Assembly (NCBI GenBank): GCA_003574845.1 | Contig: NDHY01000001.1 | Location: forward strand, 135,043 to 198,247 | Source of the DNA: a candidate division NPL-UPA2 bacterium Unc8 | GTDB taxonomy: Bacteria > NPL-UPA2 | DNA length: 63,205 nucleotides | Direction of reading: 5' to 3' | Shown: piece after piece, positions 57,604 through 63,205 of the stretch | Layout of the letters: the number at the start of each line of letters is the position of its first letter | How positions within the stretch are numbered: the first letter of the stretch is position 1 | Made by a program: the position numbers and the translations under genes | Notes under the pieces: model-generated | What the model saw: the letters and a program-made list of their open reading frames with translations, nothing else | What the model was told of the DNA's origin: nothing | Database searches by the model: none

Positions 57604-58641
57604 CTAAATAATCTCTATTTCTTTTTTCCCAGAAACAATCTCGCCAATGATTGAGGCTCCTTCTCCTTTTTTCACTAATTCAGATTTTATTTCTTCTGCT
57701 TCTTCAGAGGAAACAACCAGCGCCATTCCAATTCCCATATTAAAGACCTTGAACATCTCATCATCAGGGACATTACCTTTTCTTTGAACAATTTCAAATA
57801 TGGGAGGCGCCTGCCACCTATTCCTATGGACAATGGCTTTGCACCCATCAGAGAGGATGCGCGGAATGTTTCCTTTCATCCCTCCTCCGGTAATATGAGC
57901 AATCCCATTGACTTTAAATCTTTCAAGAACAGTAAGCATTGATTTAACATATATCTTCGTTGGCTTAAGGAGCTCCTCTCCCAGGCTGCATCCTAAATCT
58001 CCAATGAAGCTGCCCAGTATTGTCCTTGCTCGTGAGCGATCATCATCTATGCCAAAGACTTTTCTCACCATAGAATATCCGTTACTGTGCAGTCCGTTCC
58101 CGGCAATCCCGATGATTTTATCACCAACTTTTATTTTTGAGCCATTAATTATTCTGTCTTTCTCTACCACCCCGACGGCAAACCCGGCCAATTCACATTC
58201 ACCTTCAGGATAAAACCCCGGCATCTCAGCCGTCTCTCCTCCTAAAAGAGCGCATCCGGCTAATTCACAACCCTCAACTATTCCCTTAATCACCTTCTCT
58301 GCACGGCTGGAGTCCAATTTTCCCATTGATAGGTAATCAAGAAAAAAGAGAGGCTCTGCCCCCTGTGCCAAGATATCGTTAACAGACATTGCAACCAGGT
58401 CAATACCAATCGTATTCCATTTATCAAGGATAGCAGCAATTCTTGACTTTGTTCCCACTCCATCAGCTCCAGCCACGAGCACCGGACACCGATATTTCCT
58501 AACATCTATCTGAAATAGTCCACTAAAAGCGCCAATACCGCCCAGAACTTCAGGACGGGAAGCCCGTCGCACCAGAGACTTAATCTTCTCTACAAATCTA
58601 TCGCCAGAGTCTATATCCACTCCTGCTTCTTTATATCTCAA
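57604..58641 (-). CDS. purM: AIR synthetase
   Basis: YKEAGVDI, DGVGTK, GGETAEMPG, HITGGG, FNMGIG. Confidence 0.97.
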   Translation of the reverse strand: MRYKEAGVDIDSGDRFVEKIKSLVRRASRPEVLGGIGAFSGLFQIDVRKYRCPVLVAGADGVGTKSRIAAILDKWNTIGIDLVAMSVNDILAQGAEPLFFLDYLSMGKLDSSRAEKVIKGIVEGCELAGCALLGGETAEMPGFYPEGECELAGFAVGVVEKDRIINGSKIKVGDKIIGIAGNGLHSNGYSMVRKVFGIDDDRSRARTILGSFIGDLGCSLGEELLKPTKIYVKSMLTVLERFKVNGIAHITGGGMKGNIPRILSDGCKAIVHRNRWQAPPIFEIVQRKGNVPDDEMFKVFNMGIGMALVVSSEEAEEIKSELVKKGEGASIIGEIVSGKKEIEII

Positions 58642-58663
58642 AGAATTCTCCTTTATAAGCTAT

Positions 58664-59641
58664 TTAGTCCAATAATGACAGGCGCTTGACTCTCTTTAGC
58701 ATATTAGGATGAGTGGTAAAGATTTCCATCATTTTTTCGGCGCGTGTGAGCTTTGGCTTCTTGCTTCTTAAAGCCAAGAGCTCTTTCTCATCTATCGTTC
58801 CCGATAAATCTTTGTCAACTTCTCTTAACTCTTTAACCTCGTTCCATGCCCGCTCAACGTCGTTTAAGAAAAAAGCCCTGACTGCCCCTACCCTTCTTAG
58901 TTCTTCTGTTCCATGAACAGTTTCCCTTGCCCGAGCAGCGCCGTAGACTAATTTATACAGAGCCGAAGCTAAATGATGAGGAGGATTTCCAAGCTTAACG
59001 CTTCTTTCGTCAGCATAGTATTCTCTGATCCTTGAACCATACAAAATCAGCAGGTTAGTCAAAAAATAAAGCAAAAAAGCCCCAAGACCAATTAAAAGAG
59101 CATAACCGCCACTCTGCCTCCGCCCCCCGAATGCTCCACCCCACATCATGCTAAAGGCAATCCAGTAAAGAATGAGTGGGATGACGGAAAGCAAAGTAAT
59201 AATCATCATATCCCTGTGCTTAAGATGAGCAATTTCATGACCTAACACTGCCCTTAACTCATCTTTACTGAGCAATCTCCGTATTCCTTCGGTTATGCAA
59301 ACCCTGCCATCTTTTATCGTTCTGCCAAAAGCAAAGGCATTGGGTATGGAAAGCCGGGAGATGCCAACTTTTGGTTTGGGAATTCCTGCCTTTCGAGATA
59401 GCTCAGCTATCTGGCGATGAAGCGCTGGTTCCTCCTTTTCTGAGACATATCTCACCTGCATCATCCTGGAAACCATTGAAGGCCCAAACCAATATTGAAA
59501 TCCTATAAATAAGACAGCAAGGATAATATAGATGATGGCATTGCCTACTCCCAGATAACTGCCAATCCCGGCAATCACTCCGTATAGAATACCAAACATC
59601 AGCGTCATCAGTAACCACATCTTCATCTGAAGCTTTATCAT
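58664..59641 (-). CDS. htpX: Zinc metalloprotease HtpX (M48)
   Basis: PNAFAFG, HEIAH, SRIREYYAD, THP; RBS GGGAGG before ATG 59641. Confidence 0.92.
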   Translation of the reverse strand: MIKLQMKMWLLMTLMFGILYGVIAGIGSYLGVGNAIIYIILAVLFIGFQYWFGPSMVSRMMQVRYVSEKEEPALHRQIAELSRKAGIPKPKVGISRLSIPNAFAFGRTIKDGRVCITEGIRRLLSKDELRAVLGHEIAHLKHRDMMIITLLSVIPLILYWIAFSMMWGGAFGGRRQSGGYALLIGLGAFLLYFLTNLLILYGSRIREYYADERSVKLGNPPHHLASALYKLVYGAARARETVHGTEELRRVGAVRAFFLNDVERAWNEVKELREVDKDLSGTIDEKELLALRSKKPKLTRAEKMMEIFTTHPNMLKRVKRLSLLD

Positions 59642-59980
59642 ATAATTCCTCCCATAATTTCCCGCGACAGCTTCTCCCTGACGAAGGATATCTAAATTGG
59701 TAAACTTCTCAGAAATTTCCTCCTCATTTCTACCTTCCTCATCGGGCAATAAGTTTTTCAAACTTTTCTGAATACTGTTTGCCTTTTCCAGATGCCTATC
59801 AGGTTTCACTGTGCCTCCTCTTACAATTCTGTTTGCAATTATACCATTTTTAACCATTTTTGCAACTATATTTGCAAAATTAGTTACCAAAGATATCAAA
59901 ACTATGCCTATGTTGCATTATAATTTTCTCAAAACCACCCCTGATGATTTATATACCTTAATTTAGGGCACAGCGATGGC

Positions 59981-60062
59981 GTATAACGTTCCCAGCATAT
60001 ACGAAGTTTCGGCATAGCCGAAATTTAGGCGAACGAAGTGAGCCGTATATGCTGTGTTAGGC
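59981..60062 (-). mobile_element. Integron attC-like site
   Basis: Minus strand: GCCTAAC-a-CAGCATATACG...CGTATATGCTG-ggaac-GTTATAC with internal hairpins. Confidence 0.75.
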
Positions 60063-60090
60063 GAAGCTGGCCTCATTAAGACTATCCCCT

Positions 60091-60528
60091 CTAGCCCTCT
60101 ACCTTTTCTAACTCCGCTAACGCTTCAGTTGCACTCAACCTTCGGAAGGGCAAATTTTTAAGTTCCTCTAAAAAGTGCCGATTCTCTGTGATTAGTGTCT
60201 CCACCTCTAACTCCTCTAATTGGGCTGCTATTGCCGCATCGCCAAGTTTACAGCCAAGACTTTGGTATTTGCGGACGGTCTCCATCTCCGCCTTCCCACA
60301 ATGAATCACGATTTGTTTTGGGAACTGTTTCAGCAAGTGAAAGAGTGTTCTCAATTCGCTCTCTGTAAGATTAGCTTGCAATTCTCGCAAGACCTGGCTT
60401 GGGAGAATCACCTGTATTTGACCTAATCGTTCCAAAAGAAGAGCACAAGCTGGAAGCTCCGGGTGATGCCGTAAGCCAAATATCCAAACGTTGGTGTCCA
60501 GAACAACTCTTTCATCCCGGATAGTCAT
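60091..60528 (-). CDS. PIN-domain (VapC-like) toxin
   Basis: VVLDTNVWI, GDAAIAA, LITENRHF. Confidence 0.85.
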   Translation of the reverse strand: MTIRDERVVLDTNVWIFGLRHHPELPACALLLERLGQIQVILPSQVLRELQANLTESELRTLFHLLKQFPKQIVIHCGKAEMETVRKYQSLGCKLGDAAIAAQLEELEVETLITENRHFLEELKNLPFRRLSATEALAELEKVEG

Positions 60529-60754
60529 GTGCAGCAATCTCTTCACGAATCTGTTTTAAATCCGCTAAAATCTCTTCAACCGAGCGGTCTAATTGTCCTT
60601 GCTGCCGCAATCTTTCTCGATATTGTTCTGAAAGGGCAGATAGGCCACGACGGAAGTTTAACTCAGCCACACGTCCCCAGAGTGCTTGTTGCTTATGCTC
60701 TCCCAAAGCTGCAATCTTAGCAGCCAAATTTTCCACTTTCGATGTCATCCTCAA
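60512..60754 (-). CDS. Putative antitoxin
   Basis: Small helical ORF overlapping the start of the PIN gene. Confidence 0.6.
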   Translation of the reverse strand: MRMTSKVENLAAKIAALGEHKQQALWGRVAELNFRRGLSALSEQYRERLRQQGQLDRSVEEILADLKQIREEIAAHDYPG

Positions 60755-60791
60755 CCCCCTCTCTTAAGATATTCTTTTCTTTTATTAAAAA

Positions 60792-60824
60792 GCCAGTTTC
60801 GCCTAACTCGTTATTATATGAAGT
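60792..60824 (-). mobile_element. Cassette upstream junction (attI-like or secondary site)
   Basis: ACTTCATATAATAACGA-GTTAGGCGAAACTGGC; inverted match to 60056-60071 (15/16). Confidence 0.6.
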
Positions 60825-60899
60825 GTTTTTGTAAAACAACTAAAAATAGGCAGGTATGAATTGAAAATTCGCAACTACAGCCAAAAACCACAAGATGAT

Positions 60900-61151
60900 T
60901 TAGGAAGATAATTCTTCTGATTTTGTATTATCTTTGCCCACCTCTTCTTCATCTATCTTTCCAAACTCTTTTTTTACCTCTTCAAACTCATTTTCAAGCT
61001 TTTTCAATTCGCTTTTGCTTTCTTTAATTAAAGCTACCCCTTCTTTTACCTTTTCAAGGCCGGCCTCCACATCTACTTCCCCTTGAGCGTCAAACCATTC
61101 CACGATTGCTTTGAGTTTTTTTAATGAATCTTTTAATCTATCTTTAGCCAT
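60900..61151 (-). CDS. xseB: Exonuclease VII small subunit
   Basis: LKKLKAIVEWF...DVEAGLEKVKEGVALI; follows xseA. Confidence 0.8.
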   Translation of the reverse strand: MAKDRLKDSLKKLKAIVEWFDAQGEVDVEAGLEKVKEGVALIKESKSELKKLENEFEEVKKEFGKIDEEEVGKDNTKSEELSS

Positions 61152-61165
61152 AACTTTAAGATTAT

Positions 61166-62650
61166 TTATCCCGCATCTTCTTGAATAACACGAGCCACCT
61201 TAGACTCTATCTTACCATCAGAGATTTGGATATCAATCATCTCTCCTCTGCTGACATTCCTAACGCTTTTAATTATCTTACCATTAATTGTTGCGATGCT
61301 ATAACCGAACTTAAGTTGACGAATAGGATCCAAAATCTTTATTCGTCTTCCAATATCATCTAAAAGATTATTTGTTTTTTCAACATCTTTTTGAAAATTT
61401 TTTAAAAACAAATCAAGTAAATTCTTTGATGTTTTTCTAGTATCTTTAATCTTATAATTAATACTCAACAATGCATTTTTAAGCCGATGTTTTAATTCGT
61501 TGAATTCCTGGAAGATAAGATCAAAACGCCTTCTTATCTTATCAGACAATCGGTCAAAATTATATCTTGCGTCTGCCAGCGCTCTTTGCTCCTTATATAT
61601 TATGTCTCTCTCAAAAATTGTCAAATTTCTTAAGACGTTATTCCATGTCTCATTAAGGATATTCGCTGCGGCTGTTGGCGTTGAAACAGATTTGTCAGCA
61701 ACAAGCGAAACTAACGGAATGTCTTTGTCGTGCCCAATCCCGCAAACAACCGGGATTTTACATTCTGAAATTTTACGCGCCAGCGCTTCATTATTAAACG
61801 CCTGAAAACTTTCCAGACTTCCGCCGCCTCTGATAATTACCAGGACATCAATATTTTGATTATTAAAATAGGTAATGGCAGAGAGCAAATCCTGAACAGC
61901 GATTTGGCCTTCAACCCTTGAATCTATGAATTTGGTCCGATATCCATATGTGCCGAGATTATTTAAAAAATCATGGATAACCGCTCCTCTTTTTGATGTG
62001 ATGAGTCCGATCTTTTGAGGAAGTTCAGGAATGGCTCTTTTACGTTCTTCGACAAATAGCCCTTCTCTTTCTAATTTTTTTTTCAATTCATCGTATGCTT
62101 TTTTTAGCGCTCCTTCGCCAACAAGCTCTATCGCTGAAACCCGAATAGAAAGCCTCCCTGTCTTTTTATATATCTCTGGAAATCCATCAATAATGAGCTC
62201 CATTCCTTCTTTTAAAGAGATGCCATATAGCTGATAATTGCTATCCCACATAAAACAATTGAGAACGCTCTCATCGTCTTTGTCTTTTAATGTAAAAAAC
62301 AGATAAGTATTCCTAATGTCTAAACTGCTAATCTCTCCCTGGATGCGCGCTTCATTCTTTCTAATTTGGCTATTAAGCAGATTGAGATAATTGCTTACTG
62401 TGTATGGTCTTTCGTCTTTTGCAACTTCATCCGTCTCCTTATTTACCAATGACAATAGAGCAATGCCATACTTTTCAAACTTTCTCTCCCTGATGCCTTT
62501 GATAGCTAACACTTCATCTTTCGTCTTTGGCTTCAATTCAGCAATGGTTTCAATGGTCTTATTTTGCAAGACACGATAGGGTTCTATCTTTTCTCTTTGC
62601 GCAACAGCGCTTCTCCAATCTTTTAATTTTTGTAATAATTCCAAATCCAC
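61166..62650 (-). CDS. xseA: Exonuclease VII large subunit with N-terminal HRDC domain
   Basis: LKDWRSAVAQREKIEPYRVL...IKGI...KYG (HRDC); then OB fold, IGLITS, RGGGSLE, GIGHDKD, TPTAAA. Confidence 0.9.
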   Translation of the reverse strand: MDLELLQKLKDWRSAVAQREKIEPYRVLQNKTIETIAELKPKTKDEVLAIKGIRERKFEKYGIALLSLVNKETDEVAKDERPYTVSNYLNLLNSQIRKNEARIQGEISSLDIRNTYLFFTLKDKDDESVLNCFMWDSNYQLYGISLKEGMELIIDGFPEIYKKTGRLSIRVSAIELVGEGALKKAYDELKKKLEREGLFVEERKRAIPELPQKIGLITSKRGAVIHDFLNNLGTYGYRTKFIDSRVEGQIAVQDLLSAITYFNNQNIDVLVIIRGGGSLESFQAFNNEALARKISECKIPVVCGIGHDKDIPLVSLVADKSVSTPTAAANILNETWNNVLRNLTIFERDIIYKEQRALADARYNFDRLSDKIRRRFDLIFQEFNELKHRLKNALLSINYKIKDTRKTSKNLLDLFLKNFQKDVEKTNNLLDDIGRRIKILDPIRQLKFGYSIATINGKIIKSVRNVSRGEMIDIQISDGKIESKVARVIQEDAG

Positions 62651-62752
62651 TACCCACTAATCAAGACAATTCCAACAACCAAAATCCCAATCAAGATTTT
62701 AATTTTTGAATTCATAATTCTTCTCATAAGTTATTTTATTTGTAGAGCATAG

Positions 62753-63025
62753 TTAACCACTTATAGGATTGATAATGTCATCAGCAGCAACCTGTGCAAT
62801 TTTTGCACAGGTTGAAGTTTCAGACAATTCGCCAGCTCTATAAATATTATGAATATGTTTTACAATTACGGTTCTATCAATATCAAAAACTTACCCCATC
62901 TGATACGCATCAAGCCAAACCGTTTCCCTCTCCAACCGCACTCTTAACTGCACCTCTTTTTTGGCGGTCCGGTAAATAACAATTTCACCTTTGTTGATAT
63001 TTTTATTGATATTATTTTTCTTCAT
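62753..63025 (-). pseudogene. RhuM/virulence-protein N-terminal remnant with in-frame stop
   Basis: KGEIVIYRT...ETVWLDAYQMG*VFDIDRTVIVKHIHNIYRAGEL...STCAKIAQV; TAA at 62891-62893. Confidence 0.75.
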
Positions 63026-63205
63026 TTTTTATAAATAATCCTGTCCAAGGCTTTCTTTCTTTTCCTCATGAAGTTTGATTAAATCTTCTATGGTCGTGGC
63101 TTTCTCATAATGAAAAGATACTTAAAACCTCTCAAATAAAAATTAAACTGCCTTGCCCTATTGTGCCAAACGCCCGTGTTTGATGTTTGATTATGTCTTG
63201 TCAAA

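Overview
Core-chromosome window from a diderm, probably uncultured bacterium. It has BamD, LptE/F/G, SurA and an LpxL-type acyltransferase, and its pilus cluster looks PVC-like; taxonomy cannot be fixed from sequence alone. 1-10.8 kb (+): NtrC/histidine-kinase pair; type IV pilus/T2SS-like assembly cluster (PilM-PilN fusion, PilO-like, PilP/GspC-like); an unusual three-gene split secretin; a small AURKAIP1/COX24-type ORF; bamD, lptE, holA. 10.7-14 kb (-): dnaA-dnaN-tRNA-Tyr-rpsT with DnaA boxes and trios (probable oriC). 14-59 kb: housekeeping genes (lptFG, lepB, PMM/PGM, hisI, nth, CDF, carB, recG, ssrA, smpB, tRNA-Leu, GuaB3, proS, dgt, yacG, tRNA-Gly, apgM, rpsU, purQL, gatC, rsmA, surA, groESL, rpmB, UDG, phoU, glyA, rpiB, a PurD-phosphatase fusion, purH, purM, htpX) plus a dead ISNCY/IS1202-like element. 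60-63 kb: integron-type gene cassette (antitoxin + PIN toxin with attC), HRDC-XseA/XseB and a RhuM pseudogene. Throughout the window there are small repeats: a MITE with an 8-bp target duplication carrying a REP doublet, 18-26 bp CCTG(C/T)CTG...CAG(G/A)CAGG palindromic inserts, and 7/8-mer arrays. Several of these alter protein sequences. The best candidates for novelty are the split, doubled secretin, the apparently mobile micro-palindromes, the integrase-less cassette and the PurD-phosphatase fusion. All calls come from motif recognition; no searches were run.
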